Positions 1-7,572 of a stretch of 64,000 bases of DNA are shown here, piece by piece (the stretch's first letter is position 1; each line of letters opens with the position of its first letter). Source of the DNA: Patescibacteria group bacterium (GTDB lineage: Bacteria > Patescibacteriota > JABMPQ01 > JAQVVF01). A program made the translations under genes and the position numbers. The stretch spans positions 76,333-140,332 of the forward strand of contig JBAZSC010000003.1 in NCBI GenBank assembly GCA_041662665.1, written 5' to 3'. Under the pieces are notes generated by a model. The model worked only from the letters and a program-made list of their open reading frames with translations, was not told the origin of the DNA and made no database searches.

Positions 1-138
1 TTAATACTGTTGCAGAACTTCCTCAAGATAATAATGATTCGTCTGATAAGACAAATATGGAAAAATGGTGGAATTATTTCTTTTCAAACAATTAACAATT
101 AACTTTTAACAGTTAACACTAACAAATCATAAAAATAT

Positions 139-1236
139 ATGGAACAAAATTTTGAGAATCCTATCATGGAAAAACCAGTTGAAGAAAAAAAAGATGAAAT
201 GTTTTCGCAAATTCCAAAGCGTAAAACTAAAAAGATTTGGATTGTTTTGGGAGTTATTTTAGTTGTTGCTCTTTTAGGTTTTTTGGTTTGGAAATTTGGG
301 TTGTCTGGAAATATAGGTGGAAGAATTTCAAAAGTATTGCCAATACCAGCTGCGAGAGTAAATGGTGGATTTGTAATGTCGTCAAAATTAGATAAAAATT
401 ATCAAGCATTGAAATTTTTTTATGATTCTCAACAAGGACAAACAGAAGAAAAAATCAGTGATTTAGATATTAAGAAGATGGCGCTAGATCGTTTAATCGA
501 AGATGAAATGGTTAGTCAATTGTCAGAAAAATATGATATCAAAATTTCTAATGAAGATATTGATAAAGAATACAAATTAGTTTTGGAAGATTATGATTCT
601 GAGAATGAATTAAAAAAAGAAATAAAAAGTTTGTATGATATGGATATTACAGAATTTAAACAAGAAGTTTTAAAGCCTTCTTTAATGTATGATAAATTAC
701 AAAAGTCATATTTAATGGATGACAAGATTGATAAAGATCGAAAATCAAAAAGCGATGAAGCAAAGAAAAAAGCAGAAGATGCTTTGGCAAAATTGAAAAG
801 TGGAAAAGATTTTGCTGAATTAGCGAAAGAGATTAGTGAAGATAAATCAACAAAGAAAAATGGTGGTGATTTAGGTTTTTTTGGTAAGGATGAGATGGAG
901 CTAGAATTTGAAACAGCATCTTTTAAATTAAATGTTGGTGAGACAAGTGAAATTATTAGAACTATTGAAGGATTTCATATTATAAAAGTTGATAAGAAAA
1001 AAGGTTCTGGAGATGATGAACAAGTCAAAGCTTCGCATATCTTTTTTAAAGTGAAAGATGATTTTGATCAATGGTTTTTAGATCAAAAAAAGAAATTGAA
1101 AGTCAAGATTTATGTTAAAGATATAAAATGGAATAAAGAGCAGTCAACGATTGAAGGATTGGAACAACAAGGTACAGAAGATGTTTCTGCTGATGATGTT
1201 GAGATTGAAAACGTGGAAGTGGAGCCAGTCAAGTAA
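139..1236 (+). CDS. Membrane-anchored parvulin-type peptidyl-prolyl cis-trans isomerase (PrsA/SurA-like foldase)
   Basis: N-terminal TM segment; PpiC/parvulin domain motif GGDLGFFGKDEM...FHIIKV; acidic C-terminal tail. Confidence 0.75.
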   Translation: MEQNFENPIMEKPVEEKKDEMFSQIPKRKTKKIWIVLGVILVVALLGFLVWKFGLSGNIGGRISKVLPIPAARVNGGFVMSSKLDKNYQALKFFYDSQQGQTEEKISDLDIKKMALDRLIEDEMVSQLSEKYDIKISNEDIDKEYKLVLEDYDSENELKKEIKSLYDMDITEFKQEVLKPSLMYDKLQKSYLMDDKIDKDRKSKSDEAKKKAEDALAKLKSGKDFAELAKEISEDKSTKKNGGDLGFFGKDEMELEFETASFKLNVGETSEIIRTIEGFHIIKVDKKKGSGDDEQVKASHIFFKVKDDFDQWFLDQKKKLKVKIYVKDIKWNKEQSTIEGLEQQGTEDVSADDVEIENVEVEPVK

Positions 1237-1272
1237 AATAACAAAAATAACTAAATTATAAATAACAAAAAT

Positions 1273-1297
1273 AAAATCCGTCTGAATGACGGATTTT
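1273..1297 (+). terminator. Rho-independent terminator hairpin (aaaatccgtctgaatgacggatttt)
   Basis: GC-containing inverted repeat followed by a T-run directly after the stop at 1236. Confidence 0.6.
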
Positions 1298-1302
1298 GTG
1301 TT

Positions 1303-1353
1303 TCTACCTGGCTTTAGCCAAGGGGTCGTAGAGCTTTAGCTCTAGTTCGAAGG
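1303..1353 (+). repeat. Two-hairpin intergenic element, copy 1 (TCTACC-cctggc/ttta/gccaagg-GGT ... tagagc/ttta/gctcta)
   Basis: About 85% identical to 3437-3489; related copies at 34636, 57566 and 59907 have compensatory stem changes. Confidence 0.6.
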
Positions 1354-1426
1354 ATATTTGTAAATTAAGAAAAAAAATATAATTGATGTAATATTTTGTG
1401 CTCCTTATTTTTATCTGTGGATAACT

Positions 1427-1469
1427 TTCTTCTTCTTCTTCTTCTTCTTCTTCTTCTTCTTCTTCTTCT
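1427..1469 (+). repeat. (TTC)14 microsatellite directly upstream of an extended -10 element (TGgTATAAT) of the 1528 gene
   Basis: Perfect trinucleotide repeat of about 43 nt ending about 2 nt before 'tggttgTGgTATAATat'. Confidence 0.9.
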
Positions 1470-1470
1470 T

Positions 1471-1487
1471 TGGTTGTGGTATAATAT
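1471..1487 (+). promoter_or_regulatory. Putative extended -10 promoter (TGgTATAAT) for the 1528 surface-protein gene
   Basis: TGnTATAAT-like hexamer about 40 nt upstream of the ATG; no canonical -35 because the SSR occupies that position. Confidence 0.4.
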
Positions 1488-1527
1488 AATTAACTAAAAT
1501 TTTTTATACAATAATAAAATAAAAAAA

Positions 1528-3330
1528 ATGAAAAAATTAATCCGAAGAAACAGTTTAATGTTTTTAAGCGCTGTTTTTGTATTGGTACTTTCTTGCTTTG
1601 TTTTTTTGCAGAAAAATGTTCAGGCAGCAACTTGGCAGATTGAGACTGTGGATAATAGTTCGGATAATGTAGGTTCAGATAGTTCTTTGGCTTTGGATTC
1701 TTTTGGTAATCCAAGAATTAGTTATTTTGAAAATGAAAATAAAGCTCTTAAATATGCTTTTTGGAATGGATCTGCTTGGAATATACAAACGGTTGATGAT
1801 ACAGGTAGCGTTGGTCAATATACTTCTTTAGCATTAGATTCTTCTAACAATCCAAGGATTGCTTATCAAGATCTTTCGAATTATAGTCTCAAATACGCTT
1901 CTTGGAATGGCTCTGCTTGGGATATGCAGGCAGTTGATGAGACACATATTATTGCTCGCAGTATTTCTTTAGCATTGGATTCTTCTAACAATCCGAGAAT
2001 TAGTTATTATGATTGGTTTAATGATGATCTTAAATATGCTTCATGGGATGGTTTCGTGTGGGATATTCAGATAATTGATGTTGGTCAGCATCCTTCTCTA
2101 GCTCTAGATTCTTTTAATAACCCACATATTAGTTATTATGATGCTACTCTTGATGATCTCAAATATGCATCATGGAATGGATCTGCTTGGGTTATAGAGA
2201 CGATTGATTCAACAGGTGATGTTGGCGGAGATAATTCTTTAGCTTTGGATTCTTCTAATCACCCACATATTAGTTATTATGATGCTACTCTTGATGATCT
2301 CAAATATGAATCATGGAATGGATCTGCTTGGGTTATAGAGACGATTGATTCAACAGGTGATGTTGGCGGAGATAATTCTTTAGCTTTGGATTCTTCTAAT
2401 AACCCACATATTAGTTATTATGATGCTACTCTTGATGATCTTAAATATGCATCATGGAATGGATCTGCTTGGGTTATAGAAACAGTTGATTCAACAGGTG
2501 ATGTTGGCGGAGATAATTCTTTAGCTTTGGATTCTTCTAATAACCCACATATTAGTTATTATGATGCTACAAATGGTAATCTTAAATATGCTTTTGCTGA
2601 TGTTACTGCACCAATTACAACTGCAAGTCCAGCAGGTGGCATATATTCTTCAACACAATCAGTGGTATTAACAGCTGTTGATGATTCTGCATTTACAACA
2701 TATTATACAACTGACGGATCAGAGCCAACAACTTCTTCAACACAATATACTGTTCTAATTAGTATTTCTTCAGATACAACATTAAAATTCTTTTCCGTTG
2801 ATATTTATGGTAATGTTGAGAATGTAGAAACTGAAATTTATGAATTTGATCGTATTATTTTAACTTCAGAATTAAATAATCAAGCTGTCACTAGTTGTGG
2901 TTTAAAATTCAAGTTTAAGAAATTGCCTACAAAGTTAACTAAAGATAAAAAATACTGGATTAAATGTAAAAAGACTAAGAAGTATCCTAGAAAATGGCAG
3001 AATGCAAAAAAGACTGCCTTGAAGAAATATTGGAAGATAACTACTAATCTCAGAAAATACAAAGTTAAAAAATCTTCACAGAAATTTAAGATTAAAGTAG
3101 CTTTTAAGTATACTAAAGCAGAATTTAAGAAGTTGAGGAAAAGAAATAGATTGGCAAAAGAAAATAATTTGTTTTTGAAATTCAAGATTAAAAAAGGAAC
3201 TTGGAAATCATTATCTGATGTTTGGACTAATGCAAAGATCAAGCGTAATGTGAAAACGAATAGGTTCACTGTCACATATTTTACAAAGTTTCCTAAAAAG
3301 ATTTATTATTTTGGGATTGGATTGAAATAA
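1528..3330 (+). CDS. Secreted modular repeat protein: signal peptide, ~10 beta-propeller-type repeats (…SLALDSxNNPxISYYD…LKYASWNGSAW), chitobiase/beta-hexosaminidase C-terminal-like domain, lysine-rich C-terminal domain
   Basis: N-terminal hydrophobic signal; ~47-aa repeats; 'YYTTDGSEPTTSS…TLKFFSVDIYGN' CHB_HEX_C-like motif; about 160-aa tail with >30% Lys/Arg. Confidence 0.7.
   Translation: MKKLIRRNSLMFLSAVFVLVLSCFVFLQKNVQAATWQIETVDNSSDNVGSDSSLALDSFGNPRISYFENENKALKYAFWNGSAWNIQTVDDTGSVGQYTSLALDSSNNPRIAYQDLSNYSLKYASWNGSAWDMQAVDETHIIARSISLALDSSNNPRISYYDWFNDDLKYASWDGFVWDIQIIDVGQHPSLALDSFNNPHISYYDATLDDLKYASWNGSAWVIETIDSTGDVGGDNSLALDSSNHPHISYYDATLDDLKYESWNGSAWVIETIDSTGDVGGDNSLALDSSNNPHISYYDATLDDLKYASWNGSAWVIETVDSTGDVGGDNSLALDSSNNPHISYYDATNGNLKYAFADVTAPITTASPAGGIYSSTQSVVLTAVDDSAFTTYYTTDGSEPTTSSTQYTVLISISSDTTLKFFSVDIYGNVENVETEIYEFDRIILTSELNNQAVTSCGLKFKFKKLPTKLTKDKKYWIKCKKTKKYPRKWQNAKKTALKKYWKITTNLRKYKVKKSSQKFKIKVAFKYTKAEFKKLRKRNRLAKENNLFLKFKIKKGTWKSLSDVWTNAKIKRNVKTNRFTVTYFTKFPKKIYYFGIGLK
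2121..2575 (+). repeat. Intragenic 141-bp tandem repeat, about 3.2 near-identical copies (encodes 47-aa propeller repeats)
   Basis: Repeat starts at 2121, 2262, 2403 and 2544, giving a period of 141 bp; copies are almost identical at DNA level, unlike the upstream divergent repeats. Confidence 0.85.
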
Positions 3331-3407
3331 CTTTTCTCTAATATTAAAAATTTTGTATTCCAAGATTTTTAATTCTCTAATCGGCTTTTCGAATGTTATC
3401 TTTAATA

Positions 3408-3431
3408 AAAACCCGTCGAGTGACGGGTTTT
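3408..3431 (+). terminator. Rho-independent terminator hairpin (aaaacccgtcgagtgacgggtttt)
   Basis: Inverted repeat plus T-run after the stop at 3330. Confidence 0.6.
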
Positions 3432-3436
3432 GTGAT

Positions 3437-3489
3437 TTCTACCTGGCTTCAGCCAAGTGGTCGGAAAACTTTAGTTTTTAGTTCGAGAG
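3437..3489 (+). repeat. Two-hairpin intergenic element, copy 2
   Basis: TCTACC-cctggc/ttca/gccaagt-GGT…aaaac/tttag/tttt; paralogous to 1303-1353. Confidence 0.6.
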
Positions 3490-3509
3490 ATATTTAGATA
3501 TTGGATATT

Positions 3510-3582
3510 AGCCACTTCCCGGGATCGAACCGGGGACCTTTGCTTTACGAAAGCACTGCTCTACCAACTGAGCTAAAGTGGC
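3510..3582 (-). tRNA. tRNA-Thr (anticodon CGU)
   Basis: Reverse complement folds as a cloverleaf: acceptor GCCACTT/AAGTGGC, D-arm GCTC…GAGC, anticodon loop TTCGTAA, T-arm CCCGG-TTCGATC-CCGGG. Confidence 0.8.
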
Positions 3583-3584
3583 AT

Positions 3585-3655
3585 AGCGGGTAATGAGAAT
3601 CGAACTCACATATCTTGCTTGGGAAGCAAGCGCACTACCACTGTGCTATACTCGC
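3585..3655 (-). tRNA. tRNA-Gly (anticodon CCC)
   Basis: Reverse complement: D-arm GCAC…GTGC, anticodon stem CTTGC/GCAAG with loop TTCCCAA, T-loop TTCGATT, acceptor with one A-C mismatch. Confidence 0.75.
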
Positions 3656-3735
3656 TCATGATTCATTATTCTTAATTCATTATTCTTTAAGATTATACTT
3701 GATTTTTAAAATTTTGTAAATCATGCTAAAATGTA

Positions 3736-3801
3736 ACTAGTGAATAGTAATTAGTAACTAGATTCGACGTACTAATTACTAGTTACTTATTACTAGTTAA
3801 C
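3736..3801 (+). promoter_or_regulatory. Large imperfect palindrome (tagtaattagtaactag … ctagttacttattacta) immediately upstream of the 3812 gene; candidate operator
   Basis: About 16-nt arms around centre attcgacgtac, with iterated TAGTAA/TTACTA half-sites. Confidence 0.4.
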
Positions 3802-3811
3802 AAAAAATATT

Positions 3812-4894
3812 ATGTTGCAAAATAAAGACGTAACCAAACTTAACCGCTTACAAAGTGATAAAGAAGATGTTGTGACAATTTATTTGAATTGCGATCAAAG
3901 AAGATACAAGCCAGAAGAAATAGAAGAAAAATTAAAAGATTTATTGAAAATTGTTGGAGAAAAATTAGGTGCTGAAGAAACAAAGAAAATTGAAGAATGG
4001 ATTGATTTAAGATTAGATAAAAAAGTTAAAGGCATGGCATTTTATGCTAGTCCGTCTAAAAATTTTTGGTCGATTTATAAATTTCCTTGTCCAATTAAAA
4101 CAGGAGCTTATGTTGAAAAGAATGTTCATATCGAACAATTATTGCAAGTCTTGGATGAATTAGAAAGGTATTGTGTTGTAGTTTGTGACAAGGAAAAAGC
4201 AAAAATATTTACAGTTTTTTTGGGTGTCATTCAAGATTTTAGTTATATTTTTGATGAGTTTCCAGGAAAGCATGATCAAGGTGGATTAGCGCAACAAAAT
4301 CAGGCTTCGCATACTGAAGAACATGTTCGTCAGCATTTGAAAAAAATTAATGAACAATTATTTAAGTTCTGGAAAGAAAAAGGATTTGATAGATTAATTC
4401 TAGCTGGATCAAAAGAGGTCTTGCCGGAATTAAAAAAAGTTTTGCATACGGAATTAAAAAATAGAGTAGTCGGTGAATTTTTTACAGAATTATTTAAGCC
4501 TAACGAACATTTTTTGGAGCAGTCTTTAGTAGTTCAAGAAAAAGTAGAAAGACAGAATGAAAAAAAATTAGTTGATGAATTAAATAACAGCTTGAACGGT
4601 CAATTAGCAGTTGCTGGTTTGAAAAAAGTTTTAGATGCAATTCAAGAAAGAGATATAAAAGCTTTATTAGTGGATTCTAAATTAAGTACAACCGGCAAGA
4701 AATGTCCAAATTGTGATTTTTTGGGATTGGATGAAGTTGTTTGTCCTTATTGCAGTTTTAAAACTGAAGATGTGAAAGATGTTGTTGATGAATTAGTTCA
4801 AAAAGCATATAGCCATCGCGCGAAAATAGAGTTTGTTGAAAATAATGAAGTATTAGCGGGAATGGGTGGGATTGGAGCGATGCTACGGTTCTAG
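3812..4894 (+). CDS. Bacterial eRF1/Pelota-superfamily protein (baeRF1-like) with inserted zinc ribbon
   Basis: C-terminal 'LAGMGGIGAMLRF' matches the Pelota/eRF1 domain-3 ending (…GGIAAILRY); three-domain length of about 360 aa; CPNC…CPYC zinc-ribbon insert; 'HDQGG' in the central domain. Confidence 0.55.
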   Translation: MLQNKDVTKLNRLQSDKEDVVTIYLNCDQRRYKPEEIEEKLKDLLKIVGEKLGAEETKKIEEWIDLRLDKKVKGMAFYASPSKNFWSIYKFPCPIKTGAYVEKNVHIEQLLQVLDELERYCVVVCDKEKAKIFTVFLGVIQDFSYIFDEFPGKHDQGGLAQQNQASHTEEHVRQHLKKINEQLFKFWKEKGFDRLILAGSKEVLPELKKVLHTELKNRVVGEFFTELFKPNEHFLEQSLVVQEKVERQNEKKLVDELNNSLNGQLAVAGLKKVLDAIQERDIKALLVDSKLSTTGKKCPNCDFLGLDEVVCPYCSFKTEDVKDVVDELVQKAYSHRAKIEFVENNEVLAGMGGIGAMLRF

Positions 4895-5000
4895 TACTAA
4901 AGTTATAAAGTTTTTAAAGTTCATAAAGTAAAATTGTTAATTGCTAAATTGTTAGAATTATTTAACAATGGAACAATGGAACAATAAAACAATTTCGACT

Positions 5001-5900
5001 ATGAAACCTATCGAGCAAGATAAATTATTATTTCCAGAAATTCTAGCTCCCAGACCAAAAGAAGCTCACAAAAAATCTGTTGGCAGTGTGATGATTGTTG
5101 CTGGATCTGATGGGATGTCTGGAGCAGCAACTTTATGTTCTGAAGCAACAATGCGTGCTGGAGCTGGAATTGTGCTTTTGGCATTTCCAAAAAGTTTGTC
5201 TGAAATTTATACAAAATTAATTCCAGAAGTTTTGACATTGCCTTGCGATGAGACAAAAGAAAAAACTTTGGCATTGTCATCTTTAGATAAAATTTTGGAA
5301 GAAGCAAAAAAATACGATGTGATTTTGATTGGTCCAGGATTATCTCAAAATAATGAAACAAGAAAATTGATTTGTGAATTGTTTAAAAATCTAAAAAATT
5401 TGCATAAAAATGTGGTTTTAGATGCTGATGGATTAAACGCTATTGCTGGTCAAATAGAATTATTAGAAAAATTAGGTGATAACAAAACTATTTTATTGCC
5501 TCATGCTGGTGAGATGGCGAGATTAACAAATAAAGATGTTGATAATATTCAAAGAGATCGAGAATGGCTAGTTAGAAAAAAGGCAAAAGAATGGAAATGT
5601 GTTTTAGTGATAAAAGGTTATGAAACAGTTATTTCTGATGGTGAAAGAGTAATAATTAATAAATCTGGCGGACCGGAATTAGCAACTGCTGGAACTGGCG
5701 ATGCTTTGGCGGGCATGGTCGCTGCTCACTTTGCAGGAAATGTTAATCTGCCTTTTGAAGCAACTGCAACTGCTGTATATTTGCATGGTTTGGCTGGAGA
5801 TATGGTTAGCAAAAAGTTAGGTGAACGTTCTGTTTTGGCGACTGATGTGATAAATATGTTGCCTGAGGTAATAAAGAAAGTGTTAAATAAGTTAGACTAG
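5001..5900 (+). CDS. nnrD: ADP-dependent NAD(P)H-hydrate dehydratase (YjeF C-terminal / Nnr2 family)
   Basis: GSVMIVAGSDGMSGAA…GPGL…DADGLN…GGPELATAGTGDALAGMVAA motifs. The start is placed at an internal ATG (MKPIEQ) because the upstream part of the ORF overlaps an AACAATGG repeat array. Confidence 0.75.
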   Translation: MKPIEQDKLLFPEILAPRPKEAHKKSVGSVMIVAGSDGMSGAATLCSEATMRAGAGIVLLAFPKSLSEIYTKLIPEVLTLPCDETKEKTLALSSLDKILEEAKKYDVILIGPGLSQNNETRKLICELFKNLKNLHKNVVLDADGLNAIAGQIELLEKLGDNKTILLPHAGEMARLTNKDVDNIQRDREWLVRKKAKEWKCVLVIKGYETVISDGERVIINKSGGPELATAGTGDALAGMVAAHFAGNVNLPFEATATAVYLHGLAGDMVSKKLGERSVLATDVINMLPEVIKKVLNKLD

Positions 5901-5947
5901 TTAGATTGGTTAGACTTGTTATTAGTTAAATTGCTAAATTGTTAAAC
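5891..5947 (+). repeat. 9-bp-period GTTAGAYNN tandem array followed by an 8-bp ATTGYTAA array in the 3' intergenic region
   Basis: gttagacta gttagattg gttagactt gtta… attgctaa attgttaa. Confidence 0.7.
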
Positions 5948-5989
5948 TATTTTTTTGTTTCAATGTTTTAGTGTTTAAGTGTTTCTGTA

Positions 5990-6817
5990 ATGGCAAAGTT
6001 TTCAAAAACATTTTTTATTTATGAAGCTGTTTTATTTTTGATAACGCAGTTTTTGGGTTTGTATCTTGGCTGGCGGCTTTTTCAAATTGAAGAAGTAAAA
6101 GAATTAGTAGCGAAGCAGTCATATTCATTATGGCAATTTTTAATTGCATTTGCTGTTGGAACTGTAGTTGTTTTATTTGTAATAAAATATGCAAAAAGCA
6201 GAATAATATTTTCTGGCTTTTTTTATATTTTGATATTTTTGGGTTGTGTTGCTTTTTTTGATGTTTTTGCTTTAGGATATTTAGGATTGGGTTTGGCTTT
6301 GTTGGTTGTAATATTGCGAAGATTTATGCCTTCTGTTTTGACACATAATCTGGCAATTATTTTAGCAATTTCTGGAATTAGTTCGTATATTGGTTTGTCA
6401 TTTTTGCCTTTGCAAATAATTATTATGCTTGTTATTCTATCTATTTATGATTTTATTGCAGTTTTCAAAACTAAACATATGGTTTTGATGTTTAAAAAAA
6501 TGATGGAAAATGGCGCTAATTTGTCAATTATTGTACCTAATAAATTGATCGGTTTTTTGGCTGGAATGGATAAAGCAAAGCCAGGTCAAGATTTTATTTT
6601 TCTTGGAACTGGAGATTTGGCTTTTCCAATTATATTTGCTGTTTCAGTTTTAAGAAATAGTTTGTTAAGTTCGATTTTAGTGATTGCTGGAGCTTTGTTG
6701 GGAGTGATGGCAATAAATATCTATTTTTATTTTAAGAAAGAGAGAACTGCTTTTCCGGCATTGCCACCAATAACAATTGGCTGTATAATTGGATATCTGG
6801 TTTCATTATTTTTTTAG
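5990..6817 (+). CDS. Presenilin/signal-peptide-peptidase-like intramembrane aspartyl protease (A22 family homolog)
   Basis: Polytopic membrane protein with 'YD' (SIYDFIAV), 'GxGD' (LGTGDLAFP) and 'PAL' (FPALPPI) motifs in the canonical order and spacing (about 50 aa apart). Confidence 0.55.
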   Translation: MAKFSKTFFIYEAVLFLITQFLGLYLGWRLFQIEEVKELVAKQSYSLWQFLIAFAVGTVVVLFVIKYAKSRIIFSGFFYILIFLGCVAFFDVFALGYLGLGLALLVVILRRFMPSVLTHNLAIILAISGISSYIGLSFLPLQIIIMLVILSIYDFIAVFKTKHMVLMFKKMMENGANLSIIVPNKLIGFLAGMDKAKPGQDFIFLGTGDLAFPIIFAVSVLRNSLLSSILVIAGALLGVMAINIYFYFKKERTAFPALPPITIGCIIGYLVSLFF

Positions 6818-6826
6818 CTAAAAAAT

Positions 6827-7423
6827 ATGTTGAGAAAAATGCCTAGTTTGTTGCAGATAAAAAGCTTTATGAAGAAAGTGGCGAAAGAAAATGGAATTTC
6901 GGAACAAGTTGATGAAACTTGGGATCATGAGACTCGAGTTTGGAAATTTGCAGAAAAAATTGCAAAATTAGCAATTAAAAATGGCAATAAAGTTGATTTG
7001 GATTTTTTGAAGATTGCTTGTTATACTCATGATTTGGGCAGAATGGTTTCTGGAAGCAAAGCTTCAAAGGAATTAGAGCCAGCAATTTTTCATGGAATGC
7101 GAGGTTATAAATTGGCGAAAGAGCAAGGTTGGCCAGAGAAATTGGCAAGGGTTTGCATTCGGCATATGGGAGGTATCGGACAGACAAAGGAAGTGAATAA
7201 AAAAATAGGATTAGGAAACAAAGATACTTTGGCAAAAACAATTGAAGAAAAGATTTTAGCTTATGCTGATTGTCGGACTTTTTTTAATGTAGAAAAAGGT
7301 AGGGCAGACATTTATCCTTTTGATGTAACTTATCGCAGATTTAAAGTTTATCCTAGAGCAGGAGAATTATTGTTAAAAAATAAAAAGTTTATTGATAAAA
7401 TAACTGGTGGAAAATTGGATTAA
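6827..7423 (+). CDS. HD-domain phosphohydrolase
   Basis: H…HD motif (CYTHDLGR), downstream His (IRHMGGIG) and Asp. Confidence 0.55.
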   Translation: MLRKMPSLLQIKSFMKKVAKENGISEQVDETWDHETRVWKFAEKIAKLAIKNGNKVDLDFLKIACYTHDLGRMVSGSKASKELEPAIFHGMRGYKLAKEQGWPEKLARVCIRHMGGIGQTKEVNKKIGLGNKDTLAKTIEEKILAYADCRTFFNVEKGRADIYPFDVTYRRFKVYPRAGELLLKNKKFIDKITGGKLD

Positions 7424-7572
7424 AATGCGATAATATAAATGCGAGTTAAATAGATTAGACTGATTTGATAAAAAATAAAATTAATAAAATGTTTGATTGC
7501 TAGATTGTTGAATTGTTAAATTGTTAATAATTTAACAATGAAATAATTTAATAATTTATTGTAAATAATAAA

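Noticed and set aside
1490-1714. Minus-strand 74-aa ORF overlapping the start of the 1528 gene
   Set aside because: Low-complexity antisense reading of an AT-rich region with no RBS; the opposite-strand gene is well supported.
2880-3275. Minus-strand 131-aa ORF inside the lysine-rich tail of the 1528 gene
   Set aside because: It is the antisense of an AAG/AAA-rich segment (poly-Phe/Leu); a typical shadow ORF.
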